The position numbers and the translations under genes were made by a program. From Seonamhaeicola sp. (GTDB lineage: Bacteria; Bacteroidota; Bacteroidia; Flavobacteriales; Flavobacteriaceae), in assembly GCF_028281565.1 (NCBI RefSeq), contig NZ_JANQJQ010000013.1:116846-180845 (forward strand): a stretch of 64,000 bases of DNA. The letters run 5' to 3'. The notes under the pieces were generated by a model, which worked only from the letters and a program-made list of their open reading frames with translations, was not told the DNA's origin and did no database searches. Positions 1-11,288 of the stretch are shown here, piece by piece (the first letter of the stretch is position 1; each line of letters begins with the position of its first letter).

Positions 1-546
1 ACAAAAGGACTGGACTTAGACTATACAGTTGGTTCAGAAGATGCTGGAGACAGGGATCTTATAGCATCTAACGAAGTTTTCTCTCCTTATTTAGGTAAAT
101 CTTTTGTTGGTTTTAAAGAAGCGGTTGCTTTTAAAGAATCAAGAGGTGATTATGCCTGTGTAAATACCTTTGGTTACTTAGGTAAATACCAATTTGGAAA
201 GGAAACTTTAAAACTGATTGGAATTAATAATCCAAATGAGTTTTTAAACGACCCAAAACTTCAGGAAAAGGCATTTATTGCTAATGCTGAAAGGAACAAG
301 TGGATTTTAAGACGTGACATTAGAAATTTTGTTGGAAAACGAATTAATGGTGTTATTGTTACCGAATCCGGAATTTTGGCAGCTGCGCATTTGGCAGGGC
401 CCGGAAGTGTTAAAAAGTACTTGAGAAGTTACGGACTTGATAATTTTGCCGATGGCTTCGGAACCACGGTTTATACTTATATGAAGCGTTTTTCAGGTTA
501 CGATACTTCTTTTATCAAACCTAACAAAAAGGCAAAAGCTATCTAA
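1..546 (+). CDS. C-terminal part of a lysozyme-like / lytic-transglycosylase-like protein (5' end outside window)
   Basis: Frame 1 is open from nt 1 to TAA at 544-546. It is absent from the ORF track because no start lies in the window. The translation contains ESRGDY, GYLGKYQFG and LAAAHLAG, resembling lysozyme-like folds. Confidence 0.5.
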   Translation, partial: TKGLDLDYTVGSEDAGDRDLIASNEVFSPYLGKSFVGFKEAVAFKESRGDYACVNTFGYLGKYQFGKETLKLIGINNPNEFLNDPKLQEKAFIANAERNKWILRRDIRNFVGKRINGVIVTESGILAAAHLAGPGSVKKYLRSYGLDNFADGFGTTVYTYMKRFSGYDTSFIKPNKKAKAI

Positions 547-554
547 AACAACGT

Positions 555-1271
555 TTAGCTTTTATGAATAATAAATATGGTAGGTCTTTTATGAAGGTCT
601 ACCATATTTTTTTTCCATGCATTGACCGTTTTTGTTTTAATGAATTCTGTAGAAAGCGTAATATCACAGGCTACACATACATTAGTGCTAGCTCCTAAAA
701 CGGATGTAATATCTTCCAACATTTTATTGTTTCGATAAGGCGTTTCAATAAAAATCTGGGATTGATCTTGTTCGAACGACAGACGTTCTAACCGTCTCAA
801 TTCGTTTTTTCTTTCACCTTTGTCAATAGGGAGGTAGCCGTTAAAAGCAAAACGTTGCCCGTTCATCCCGGAACTCATTAATGCCAGTAAAATAGAAGAA
901 GGGCCTACTAAAGGAATCACCTTAATATCCTTTTCATGGGCAATTTTAACAATTTCGGCTCCGGGGTCTGCAACGCCCGGACAACCGGCTTCAGATAGCA
1001 ATCCAACATCATCGCCCTTCAGGCAAGGGTTTAAAAAGCCTGGTATGTCGGTTATTTCCGTGTGTTTGTTTAGGGTAAACAGCGTTAACGAAGGCTGTGG
1101 CTTCGAAGGTGTTATTTTTTTTATGAAGCGTCTGGCCGTTTTTTCGTTTTCAACAATAAAAATATTGAGCTTTTCAATGGTATATTGAACAGTGGCCGGT
1201 AAAACCTCTAAGGGGTTATTATCACCTAAAGTAGTGGGAATTAAATAAAGGTTTCCTTTACCGGTGTTCAT
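555..1271 (-). CDS. SAM-dependent methyltransferase, RsmI/YraL-like (tetrapyrrole-methylase fold)
   Basis: 238-aa ORF. N-terminal GNLYLIPTTLGD and SEAGCPGVADPG blocks resemble the RsmI family. Confidence 0.7.
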   Translation of the reverse strand: MNTGKGNLYLIPTTLGDNNPLEVLPATVQYTIEKLNIFIVENEKTARRFIKKITPSKPQPSLTLFTLNKHTEITDIPGFLNPCLKGDDVGLLSEAGCPGVADPGAEIVKIAHEKDIKVIPLVGPSSILLALMSSGMNGQRFAFNGYLPIDKGERKNELRRLERLSFEQDQSQIFIETPYRNNKMLEDITSVLGASTNVCVACDITLSTEFIKTKTVNAWKKNMVDLHKRPTIFIIHKS

Positions 1272-1278
1272 TGATGTT

Positions 1279-1731
1279 CTAACTTAAATTTTCTGCAATG
1301 ACAGAACAGGCTTCATCCAGCATTTTATATACATTTTCAAAACCCTGATCACCACCGTAATACGGATCCGGAACATCATAATTTTGATTCGGGTATACTT
1401 CGTTCAAAATCATATTGACTTTTTCAGTATCGTCCTCATTTCTCGCTAACCGCGTTACGTTGTGGTAGTTAGATTCATCCATCACGTAAATAAAGTCGAA
1501 ATCATCAAAATCATTAACGGTAAACTGGCGACCTCTTAAATGCGCTATTTCCAGGCCGTATTTCCTGGCAACTGCAATAGAGCGCCTGTCCGGTTGACTT
1601 CCCGTATGATAATTAGCGGTTCCGGCAGAATCAACAAAAAAAGAATCGGCGTTTAGCTTTGATTTTAAAATGCCTTCGGCTAATGGTGAACGACAAATAT
1701 TGCCCAAACAAACCATTAGTATTCTAGTCAT
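1279..1731 (-). CDS. low-molecular-weight protein-tyrosine phosphatase
   Basis: CLGNICRSP P-loop (CX5R-S) near the N-terminus and a DPYY acid loop; 150 aa. Confidence 0.85.
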   Translation of the reverse strand: MTRILMVCLGNICRSPLAEGILKSKLNADSFFVDSAGTANYHTGSQPDRRSIAVARKYGLEIAHLRGRQFTVNDFDDFDFIYVMDESNYHNVTRLARNEDDTEKVNMILNEVYPNQNYDVPDPYYGGDQGFENVYKMLDEACSVIAENLS

Positions 1732-1743
1732 TGGAATGGAATT

Positions 1744-3171
1744 TTATACAGAAAGTTTTTTAGTGATATCCTCAACGTATTTTCTGAATTGTTTATCTGT
1801 TGAAGACAGGTTATCAACTGTTTTGCAAGCATGTAAAACTGTAGCGTGGTCACGTTTACCAATTTGAGACCCAATACTTGCCAAAGAGGCTTTGGTGAAT
1901 TTTTTGGCAAAGAACATGGCTAACTGACGTGCCTGAACAATATGGCGTTTCCTGGTTTTTGACTGCAAGGTGTCTATATCCATCTGGAAATAATCAGATA
2001 CCACTTTTTGGATATAATCTATGGAAACCTCACGCTTGGTATTCTTAACGAACTTCTCAACAATGATTCTTGCCAGGTCAATAGTGATCTCCTTTTTATT
2101 GAACGAAGATTGTGCAATTAATGAAATGATAGCGCCTTCCAGCTCTCTTACATTGGACTTTATGTTTTTGGCAACATATTCTACAATGTCATCAGGCATT
2201 TCAACCCCGTCTCTGTATAATTTGTTTTTAAGAATTGAAACACGTGTTTCAAAATCCGGAGTTTGCAATTCTGCAGAAAGCCCCCATTTGAAACGAGATA
2301 ACAAGCGTTGCTCAATATCCTGCATGTCAACAGGCGCTTTATCACTGGTTAAAACAACTTGTTTGCCGTTTTGATGCAAATGGTTGAATATGTGGAAGAA
2401 AACATCCTGTGTTCCTGTTTTTCCCGAAAAGAATTGCACATCATCAATGATCAATACATCAATGATCTGATAAAAATGAATAAAATCATTTCTGTTATTC
2501 TTTTTTATAGCATCAATATATTGTTGCGTGAATTTTTCCGCTGATATATATAAAACAGTTTTTTCAGGGTATTTGTCCTTAATATCAACACCAATGGCAT
2601 GTGCCAAATGCGTTTTCCCAAGGCCTACACCACCAAAAATCAATAACGGATTGAATGATGTCCCTCCCGGTTTGTTGGCTACTGCTAAACCGGCACTTCT
2701 GGCCAAACGGTTTGAGTCGCCCTCTAAAAAGTTATCAAAGCTATAATTAGGATTAAGTTGAGATTCTACTTTTACATTTCTTATGCCTGGAATAACAAAC
2801 GGATTTCTTAATTCCGGACTTTTATTATTTAAAGGAATGTCAACATCCTGAGATTTTACAGCAGTTCTGTTAGCGCTTGGAATTTTTTCAGTGAAGGGTT
2901 GTTTATTGCCATAGGTGTTTTCCATTTTAATGATGTAAACCAATTTGGCATTTTTACCCAGTTCCTTAGTAAGTGCAACTTTTAAAATTTTAACATAGTG
3001 CTCCTCAAGCCACTCATAGAAGAATTTACTGGGAACCTGAATGCTTAGAGCATTGTCAGTAAGTTTAACTGCGACTATGGGCTCAAACCAAGTTTTATAT
3101 GCTTGCGGTTGAATATTATCCTTTATAAATTTCAGACAATTATTCCATACCGATTGCGCAGTTACACTCAT
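1744..3171 (-). CDS. dnaA: chromosomal replication initiator protein DnaA
   Basis: 475 aa. AAA+ Walker A GGVGLGKTH, box VII and a C-terminal DNA-binding helix (KRDHATVLHACK). Confidence 0.97.
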   Translation of the reverse strand: MSVTAQSVWNNCLKFIKDNIQPQAYKTWFEPIVAVKLTDNALSIQVPSKFFYEWLEEHYVKILKVALTKELGKNAKLVYIIKMENTYGNKQPFTEKIPSANRTAVKSQDVDIPLNNKSPELRNPFVIPGIRNVKVESQLNPNYSFDNFLEGDSNRLARSAGLAVANKPGGTSFNPLLIFGGVGLGKTHLAHAIGVDIKDKYPEKTVLYISAEKFTQQYIDAIKKNNRNDFIHFYQIIDVLIIDDVQFFSGKTGTQDVFFHIFNHLHQNGKQVVLTSDKAPVDMQDIEQRLLSRFKWGLSAELQTPDFETRVSILKNKLYRDGVEMPDDIVEYVAKNIKSNVRELEGAIISLIAQSSFNKKEITIDLARIIVEKFVKNTKREVSIDYIQKVVSDYFQMDIDTLQSKTRKRHIVQARQLAMFFAKKFTKASLASIGSQIGKRDHATVLHACKTVDNLSSTDKQFRKYVEDITKKLSV

Positions 3172-3361
3172 TGTTAAATTTTATGGTTTTTGTTAGTTAG
3201 TTATTAAGAAAGAGATCCCCTATGCTTTTTTATCCCCGTTCTCGTTGGCAAATATGTGAACAAAATTCTTAAAAAAAAAATGAAATTTTGTTGAATTTTT
3301 AGAAATTTTTCCTCATGTTTATTTGCTTTCCGAAACTACAAAAAAATATTCAATAATTACA

Positions 3362-3766
3362 ATGAAATTCGACGAAATACAAATAAGAGTGAGATATGGC
3401 GAAACAGACCAAATGGGCGTGGTATATCATGGTAATTATGCACTATACTTAGAAATGGGACGTGTTGAATGGTTGAGAAAGTTAGGAATATCTTACAAGC
3501 TTATGGAAGAAAAAGGCATCATGCTACCAGTTGTTTCCTTGAGTATAAACTATAAAAAACCAGCAGGTTATGACGATGTAATTAATGTAAAAACTCAACT
3601 AAAAAATAAGCCAACTGCCAAGATTGAATTTGACTATGAAATTACTAATGAAAAAGGTGATATTTTAACTACTGCTAATACGGTTTTGGTTTTTATGGAT
3701 ACGAAAACAAATAGGCCGGTGAAAGCTCCAAACTATATTTTGGAAGCATTTGATATGCTGAATTAG
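3362..3766 (+). CDS. acyl-CoA thioesterase, YbgC/4HBT hot-dog family
   Basis: RVRYGETDQMGVVYHGNY catalytic-Asp block. The track start at 3323 is a TTG; I prefer the ATG at 3362 (MKFDEIQ...). Confidence 0.8.
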   Translation: MKFDEIQIRVRYGETDQMGVVYHGNYALYLEMGRVEWLRKLGISYKLMEEKGIMLPVVSLSINYKKPAGYDDVINVKTQLKNKPTAKIEFDYEITNEKGDILTTANTVLVFMDTKTNRPVKAPNYILEAFDMLN

Positions 3767-4371
3767 ACTTTTTTTATATCAACTTCATAGAGGTTATCAA
3801 AAGTTTTGAATATAGTTTCAGCCTCTTTTTTTCTTACTGAAATGGTTATTTCGCAATCCAACTCCAGTTTTTGATTCGTAATTTTTAAATTCTTCTCTTT
3901 AATAATACGCATCACCGTATTCATATTTTTATAACCAAAAGATAGGATGTAATCCATATTGATGGTCTTTTCTATAATATGGGATGCTTCTAAAGTTAAT
4001 TGTGCCGTAGTTTTATAAGCATTGATCAATCCGCTGACTCCTAATTTAACACCACCAAAATAGCGTACAACAACGATTAAAATATTGGTGACTTCAAAAG
4101 ACAAAATCTGATTATAAATAGGCATACCGGCTGAATTACCGGGCTCGCCATCGTCATTGGCCCTGAATATTGTGGTTTCTGTTCCTATTTTGTAAGCATA
4201 GCACCAATGTCTGGCAGCGTGATGTGCTTTCTTTAAATGTGCTATGTGTTTTTTTACATCATCTTCATTTAGAACTTTATAGGCATACCCAAAGAACTTA
4301 CTGTTTTTGTCTTTAAACAAAATACCTTCTATGTTTGAGGAGATGGTTTTATATGTATCCTTTTCGGTCAA
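3763..4371 (-). CDS. YigZ/IMPACT family protein
   Basis: HWCYAYKIG, DDGEPGNSAG and VVRYFGGVKLG blocks typical of the UPF0029/IMPACT N-domain. Confidence 0.8.
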   Translation of the reverse strand: MTEKDTYKTISSNIEGILFKDKNSKFFGYAYKVLNEDDVKKHIAHLKKAHHAARHWCYAYKIGTETTIFRANDDGEPGNSAGMPIYNQILSFEVTNILIVVVRYFGGVKLGVSGLINAYKTTAQLTLEASHIIEKTINMDYILSFGYKNMNTVMRIIKEKNLKITNQKLELDCEITISVRKKEAETIFKTFDNLYEVDIKKV

Positions 4372-4374
4372 AAA

Positions 4375-4983
4375 TTAGAATAAATTGCTTTTAACATTAA
4401 ACAGGTTACAGACATCATCTTTTTTGGAGTTGAGGTGCCAGGTATGAATGTTCAGGTAATTAGCGCTTCTGATATTGTCTTTATTGTCATCAATAAAGAG
4501 ACATTCCTCTGCTTTAAGCTGATCCTTATTTAAGACGAAATTAAATATAGCTTTATCCGGTTTTCTCCGGTGAATTTTATAGGACAAATAAAAAGCATCA
4601 AAACAGTTTTTGAAATCTTTATAAAAAGGAATGTGCTTTTTAATCCAATCCATATGGAGCTCATTGGTGTTACTTAAAAGTATGAGTTTGTAATTGGTGT
4701 TTTCTTTCAGATCTTTAAGAAAATCCAGTTTATGCTTTGGAAAATCTCCCAAAATGGAATTCCACTTAAAAATAATGTCCTCTTTTGATTGGTCCGGGAA
4801 ATAAGTTTTATAAGCATCAAGAAAGGCATCTGTTGAGATCAATCCTTTTTCATAAGACAGGTTGGTTTCAATAATATCATTAAAATGCTCAGACGATTCA
4901 AAATGTTTTATATAATTAAGTGTGTAAGCCTCATTAAGGCTAATGAAAACATTGCCAAAGTCGAAAATCAGAGCTTTAATCAT
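4375..4983 (-). CDS. HAD-superfamily hydrolase
   Basis: N-terminal DFGNV (DxD-type motif I), SNTN (motif II) and FIDDN (motif IV). Confidence 0.75.
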   Translation of the reverse strand: MIKALIFDFGNVFISLNEAYTLNYIKHFESSEHFNDIIETNLSYEKGLISTDAFLDAYKTYFPDQSKEDIIFKWNSILGDFPKHKLDFLKDLKENTNYKLILLSNTNELHMDWIKKHIPFYKDFKNCFDAFYLSYKIHRRKPDKAIFNFVLNKDQLKAEECLFIDDNKDNIRSANYLNIHTWHLNSKKDDVCNLFNVKSNLF

Positions 4984-5980
4984 TCCTGTAAATTTTAAGC
5001 GTATCAGACTGGATTTGTTCTTCTGAAATTAATTTTCCGGTAAAAACAGGAGCTTTTGTACCGTTTTTAAAGGAGATATTTCCGGTAAAAACCCTGGCTT
5101 CGTCCCACAGGTCTTCATTAATAAAGGTTTGAAGTGTTTTAGCGCCACCTTCAATGATTACGGAATTGATATCGTTCTTAAATAATATATCACAAATTTG
5201 TTTAGCTATATTTTGCGAGAAATCAACAGGATCACTTGAAATCACAATTGTTTCGGCATCATTATTAAAAACATGGTAATCTTTTGCAAGTTTAAGGTCC
5301 TTATCAATCACAATTCTGGTTGGATTTTGCCCGGTCCAATTGCGAACGGTTAAACCCGGGTTGTCTTGCAAAACGGTATTGGTTCCCACAAGGATAGCTT
5401 GCTCTTCAGTACGCCATTTATGCACTAATTGCCTGGAATAGGTGTTTGTGATCCAAACAGGTTTTTGCTCGTTTTTGGTTTCAGGTGCTATAAAGCCATC
5501 CGAGGTTTCTGCCCATTTTAAAATGATATACGGACGCTTTTTATTATGAAATGTAAAAAATCGTTTATGATGTGCCTTACAGTCATTTTCTAAAACTCCA
5601 ACAATTACATTTACACCCGCTTCCATAAGTTTTTTTATGCCTTTTCCTGCTACTTGCTCATTGTCATCAATGCATCCAATGACTACATTAGGTATGTCGT
5701 GTTTGATAATAAGGTCACTACACGGTGGTGTTTTTCCAAAATGGGAGCAAGGTTCTAAAGTCACATAAAGTGTAGACGCTTTTAAAAGTGCTTTGTTTTC
5801 AACTGAATGTATAGCGTTTACTTCGGCATGATTGCCGCCATAAGCACTGGTGTAGCCTTCGCCGATAATGCTGTTGTTATGAACAATGACTGCACCAACC
5901 ATGGGGTTTGGCCTGGTGTTGCCCAAACCGTTTTTGCCCATCTCAATACAACGTTTTATATAAAATTCATGATTTGTCAA
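4976..5980 (-). CDS. ribD: bifunctional riboflavin biosynthesis deaminase/reductase RibD
   Basis: Cytidine-deaminase zinc motifs HAEVNA and PCSHFGKTPPC, followed by a RibD_C reductase domain. It overlaps the HAD gene by 8 nt. Confidence 0.9.
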   Translation of the reverse strand: MTNHEFYIKRCIEMGKNGLGNTRPNPMVGAVIVHNNSIIGEGYTSAYGGNHAEVNAIHSVENKALLKASTLYVTLEPCSHFGKTPPCSDLIIKHDIPNVVIGCIDDNEQVAGKGIKKLMEAGVNVIVGVLENDCKAHHKRFFTFHNKKRPYIILKWAETSDGFIAPETKNEQKPVWITNTYSRQLVHKWRTEEQAILVGTNTVLQDNPGLTVRNWTGQNPTRIVIDKDLKLAKDYHVFNNDAETIVISSDPVDFSQNIAKQICDILFKNDINSVIIEGGAKTLQTFINEDLWDEARVFTGNISFKNGTKAPVFTGKLISEEQIQSDTLKIYRND

Positions 5981-5983
5981 AGA

Positions 5984-6472
5984 CTACAGTTTGATTTTAA
6001 CATTTTCTGTCTTGTCAATATTATAGGTGTATGAAAAGCCAAAAACTTTATATATGATATCACCCTTATATTGCACTTTAATTTTTTTACTGAACAAGCT
6101 TCCAATCAAGCCACCAATGCTTTTATCACTAAAAATACTGTCAATCGGGATACTTGCTTTTAGCGGAATGGAAAACTCCTTTTTTACGGGTACTTTAAAA
6201 CTTTTGGTAGAAACGGTTGCCATCTCATTATCATTCACAAAAACCTTTATAGCATCGGTTTTTAATTCCCCGCCAATATCATTAGGATTTAAGAATAAAG
6301 CATCGGCAGAAAACGTAACCTCTTTAGATGAAGATTTTAATACTTTTATGTTTTCAACGCTCAAAAACTCCGGTTTTTCCTTTACAGTGCAGCCGGTAAC
6401 CGATAATAATATAGTTGTTGATAAAATAATGAATGGCTTTAATTTCATTTTTATAGATTTAAGTATCTTCAC
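5984..6472 (-). CDS. small lipoprotein, possibly LEA-2/Hin1-like
   Basis: Signal peptide with lipobox LLSVTGC and a beta-rich 130-aa body. The family assignment is weak. An alternative start is the ATG at 6448. Confidence 0.5.
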   Translation of the reverse strand: MKILKSIKMKLKPFIILSTTILLSVTGCTVKEKPEFLSVENIKVLKSSSKEVTFSADALFLNPNDIGGELKTDAIKVFVNDNEMATVSTKSFKVPVKKEFSIPLKASIPIDSIFSDKSIGGLIGSLFSKKIKVQYKGDIIYKVFGFSYTYNIDKTENVKIKL

Positions 6473-6495
6473 TCGTATAAAAGTACCATTTTAAA

Positions 6496-6987
6496 GTGAG
6501 TAAAGATACTATTGTTATTCGAGAAATTCAGCCCCAGGATAATGCGCAAATTGAGCAAGTTATTAGGGGGTGTTTTCATGAGTTTAAAATTCCACTAACA
6601 GGAACGGCTTATGAGGATGAAGAAACGCCCAGAATGTATGAATCTTATCGGAATGATGACGACATTTATTTTGTTATTGATGATAACGGCACTATTTTAG
6701 GAGGTGCGGGAATAAAGCCGTTAAAAGATTTTGATACCAGTATATGCGAACTCCAAAAAATGTATTTTTCGCCTGAAGTAAGAGGGAAAGGTTATGGTAG
6801 GCTGATGTTCGAAACGTGTTTGAAAGCAGCCAAGGATCTGGGGTATAAAAAGTGCTATTTGGAGTCGGCTTCACAATTAAAAGCAGCTATTCATATTTAT
6901 GAAAGCTATGGCTTTAAACATTTGGACGGCGCCCTAGGTAATACGGGACATTATAGCTGTGGTGTTTGGATGATCAGGGATTTATGA
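6496..6987 (+). CDS. GNAT family N-acetyltransferase
   Basis: GTG start. Acetyl-CoA pocket VRGKGYGRLM (R/Q-x-x-G-x-G/A); 163 aa. Confidence 0.8.
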   Translation: MSKDTIVIREIQPQDNAQIEQVIRGCFHEFKIPLTGTAYEDEETPRMYESYRNDDDIYFVIDDNGTILGGAGIKPLKDFDTSICELQKMYFSPEVRGKGYGRLMFETCLKAAKDLGYKKCYLESASQLKAAIHIYESYGFKHLDGALGNTGHYSCGVWMIRDL

Positions 6988-7847
6988 GAATGCTGAGGGA
7001 AGTTCAAAATACATTTCAAACCGAATTACATGCCATGTACCCTAAAAAAGAAATAGACAATTTCTTTTTTATGTTAGCAGAGGCTTATTACGGTATATCC
7101 AGGTTGAAATTAGCCCTGGAGTCGGATGTTAAGATTGAAAATTTAGAGATCATTTTGAATGCTCTGGACTTGTTAAAAAAGGGAAAGCCTATACAATATA
7201 TATTAGGAGAGACTGAATTCTTTGGATTACTGTTTAAGGTGAATGCCCATGTACTAATACCAAGACCTGAGACTGAAGAATTAGTAGATTGGATTATTGC
7301 AGCGTTCAAAGATCAGGGTTCAGAGTTCAGAGTGCTGGATATAGGAACCGGAAGCGGTTGTATTGCGGTGTCACTGGCAAAAAACTTACCAAAAGCAAAA
7401 GTGTATGCCTTGGATGTTAGTAATAAAGCCTTAAAGATGGCCAAACAAAATGCTGAACTGAATAACGTTGAAGTTGCATTTATAGAAGATAATATTCTAA
7501 ACCCTTGTCATACTGAACTTGTTTCAGCATCTCATAAGTTTGATGTGATTGTTTCCAATCCGCCATACGTTCGGCTTCAAGAAAAGGCGCTTATGAAAGG
7601 AAATGTTTTAAATAATGAACCCCATGTGGCATTATTTGTTGATGATGATGACCCGTTATTATTTTATAAAACTATTTGCGAGTTTTCTAAGGCTAATTTG
7701 AAGGAAAACGGCAAGTTGTTTTTTGAAATAAATGAATATTTAGGACATGATATGATTGATTTATTAAAAGATTATAATTTTAAAGACATAGAATTAAAAC
7801 AGGACATCTTTAAAAAAGACAGGATGATTAAGGGTGTATTTAGTTAG
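6984..7847 (+). CDS. prmC: peptide chain release factor N5-glutamine methyltransferase
   Basis: NPPY catalytic motif and DIGTGSGCI SAM motif. The ATG at 6984 forms an ATGA overlap with the GNAT stop; the track start at 6966 is a TTG. Confidence 0.85.
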   Translation: MRMLREVQNTFQTELHAMYPKKEIDNFFFMLAEAYYGISRLKLALESDVKIENLEIILNALDLLKKGKPIQYILGETEFFGLLFKVNAHVLIPRPETEELVDWIIAAFKDQGSEFRVLDIGTGSGCIAVSLAKNLPKAKVYALDVSNKALKMAKQNAELNNVEVAFIEDNILNPCHTELVSASHKFDVIVSNPPYVRLQEKALMKGNVLNNEPHVALFVDDDDPLLFYKTICEFSKANLKENGKLFFEINEYLGHDMIDLLKDYNFKDIELKQDIFKKDRMIKGVFS

Positions 7848-7874
7848 TAGTTTTCAGTGTCAGTTAACAGTTAA

Positions 7875-9902
<2,028 letters not shown>

Positions 9903-9908
9903 AAAAAT

Positions 9909-9960
9909 ATCGATAAAAAGCATTTTTTTATCGTTTAATTGTAAAATTTGTTTATATTTG
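9909..9960 (+). promoter_or_regulatory. inverted repeat ATCGATAAAAA/TTTTTATCGTT followed 17 nt later by TATATTTG (a TAnnTTTG -7-like box)
   Basis: 9-bp perfect dyad CGATAAAAA (9911-9919) / TTTTTATCG (9925-9933); TATATTTG at 9953-9960. It may double as the ligA terminator. Confidence 0.4.
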
Positions 9961-9982
9961 TCCCGAAACCAAATCTATCAAA

Positions 9983-10744
9983 ATGAACAAGTCTAAAGTC
10001 TTGGTAAGTTTAGTCTTTGTAATTTATCTTCTATTCGCCATTTTTGGGTTTATGGGTAAGGAAGCCGTAGCTTTTACTTTGAACTCCTTGATTATACCGA
10101 GTATAGCGATTATTTATTTCATCTTTTTTGATAAAAAAACAATATTCTTTTCCCTGTTCCTGATATGTTATGCTGCTTCAGACCTTATAGGTTTGATAGT
10201 AAGTCTAATTCCATACAACGAATCATTTTTATTAGTGCGTAATATAGATTACTATGTTGGGAACTCGTTATATATTCTTTCCTATATGTTTTTAGCGATT
10301 GAAATATGTAAGTCATTAAATGTTAAACATATTCTGAAAAACTTCAAGATACACATTACAGTGCTTACGGCGCTTAATGTTTATTTAATATATGTATTGC
10401 AGTTAATTGTGGATCCTGAACAAAAAATGCCGGTTGGTAAATATTTTTTAGAGTTGACGTACAATATAGTTATGTTATTATTACTCTCAGGAGCCTTGTT
10501 GAATTACTTTTACAGAGACAATAAAAAAGCCTTATACTTATTTTTAGGCGCTTTATGTATTGTGTTTTCCGAAGTGATTGAAGTTGCTTACTTGTATATA
10601 TCTCAGAGAAGTTTATTGAATTTTATATCTACTACCTTAGCGCTTTCAGCATTCTATTTCTTTTGTAAGCAAACGGCTTTATCTGATGTTAGAGAAGAAG
10701 AAATGCATGTGTACGTTGAATCTCCCAAATCAACTAAAGCTTAA
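9983..10744 (+). CDS. polytopic membrane protein (YhhN-like topology; uncertain)
   Basis: 253 aa with about 8 hydrophobic segments. It is a distant paralogue of 11289..12044. Confidence 0.6.
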   Translation: MNKSKVLVSLVFVIYLLFAIFGFMGKEAVAFTLNSLIIPSIAIIYFIFFDKKTIFFSLFLICYAASDLIGLIVSLIPYNESFLLVRNIDYYVGNSLYILSYMFLAIEICKSLNVKHILKNFKIHITVLTALNVYLIYVLQLIVDPEQKMPVGKYFLELTYNIVMLLLLSGALLNYFYRDNKKALYLFLGALCIVFSEVIEVAYLYISQRSLLNFISTTLALSAFYFFCKQTALSDVREEEMHVYVESPKSTKA

Positions 10745-11110
10745 AAAAGGAATGTCTTTTTTATAAATGTATAAAATTGTTGCAGACAGGATAAACATGA
10801 CAACTGCAGTAATAAACAAAACACCTCCATCATTATTAACCTCAATTCCTAACTTGGTTAAGTGCATTAATATGGCACCACCAATAATGCCTAAAGTAAG
10901 TGTTGCACCTGCCCAAACGGTTTTAGGTATTAGAAGCAGAATACCAGAGATCAGTTCCAAAACACCAATACCAATTCTTCCAAAAGGCTCAAGGCCGACC
11001 TGACTAAAAATATATACACTATCGGGATGAGCGGTGAATTTAAATCGAAGTGTTTGAATTAAAATAATAGCAACAATAAGTCTTAAGGCAAAAGGAAGAT
11101 ATTTTTTCAT
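10730..11110 (-). CDS. DoxX family membrane protein
   Basis: 126 aa with 4 TM segments and DoxX-like FGRIGIGVLELISGILLLIP. Confidence 0.7.
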   Translation of the reverse strand: MKKYLPFALRLIVAIILIQTLRFKFTAHPDSVYIFSQVGLEPFGRIGIGVLELISGILLLIPKTVWAGATLTLGIIGGAILMHLTKLGIEVNNDGGVLFITAVVMFILSATILYIYKKDIPFLSFS

Positions 11111-11211
11111 AATTCGTTTTTGTTAAAGTTGAACATTTAGACGAACTATTGGCTTTAACATGTCAAAAATGGAAGCTATTTGTTCGACGAACGGTATGAA
11201 TTGATAAAATA

Positions 11212-11264
11212 ATCGATAAAATGCTTGTTTTAATCGTTGAAATTAACTTAAATTATTATATTTG
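11212..11264 (+). promoter_or_regulatory. second copy of the ATCGATAAAA...TTTTAATCGTT dyad, followed 18 nt later by TATATTTG
   Basis: ATCGATAAAA at 11212-11221, TTTTAATCGTT at 11228-11238 and TATATTTG at 11257-11264. There is no co-directional gene upstream. Confidence 0.4.
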
Positions 11265-11288
11265 AATTAACCTACTTATGTTATTATT

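Noticed and set aside
3172-3361. Possible oriC or DnaA-box cluster upstream of dnaA
   Set aside because: I found only two degenerate matches to TTATCCACA: TTATCCCCG at 3230-3238 and TGTGAACAA at 3255-3263. The spacer is just 190 bp and must also hold two divergent promoters. This is not enough to call an origin. It would need a genome-wide DnaA-box and GC-skew analysis.
6027-6494. 155-aa ORF antisense to the small lipoprotein gene. Similar antisense ORFs occur at 13714..14019, 26109..26519, 39425..39763, 51983..52330 and 20503..20823.
   Set aside because: All are fully contained within, and antisense to, longer ORFs that carry clear domain motifs or signal peptides. This is typical of shadow ORFs in AT-rich genomes.
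6473-6495. Strand switch (minus-strand genes to the left, plus-strand genes to the right) as a marker of the replication origin
   Set aside because: The divergence point is a 23-bp gap with no room for an origin. The thioesterase gene at 3362..3766 and several minus-strand genes further right break the pattern. Cumulative GC skew cannot be computed reliably by eye.
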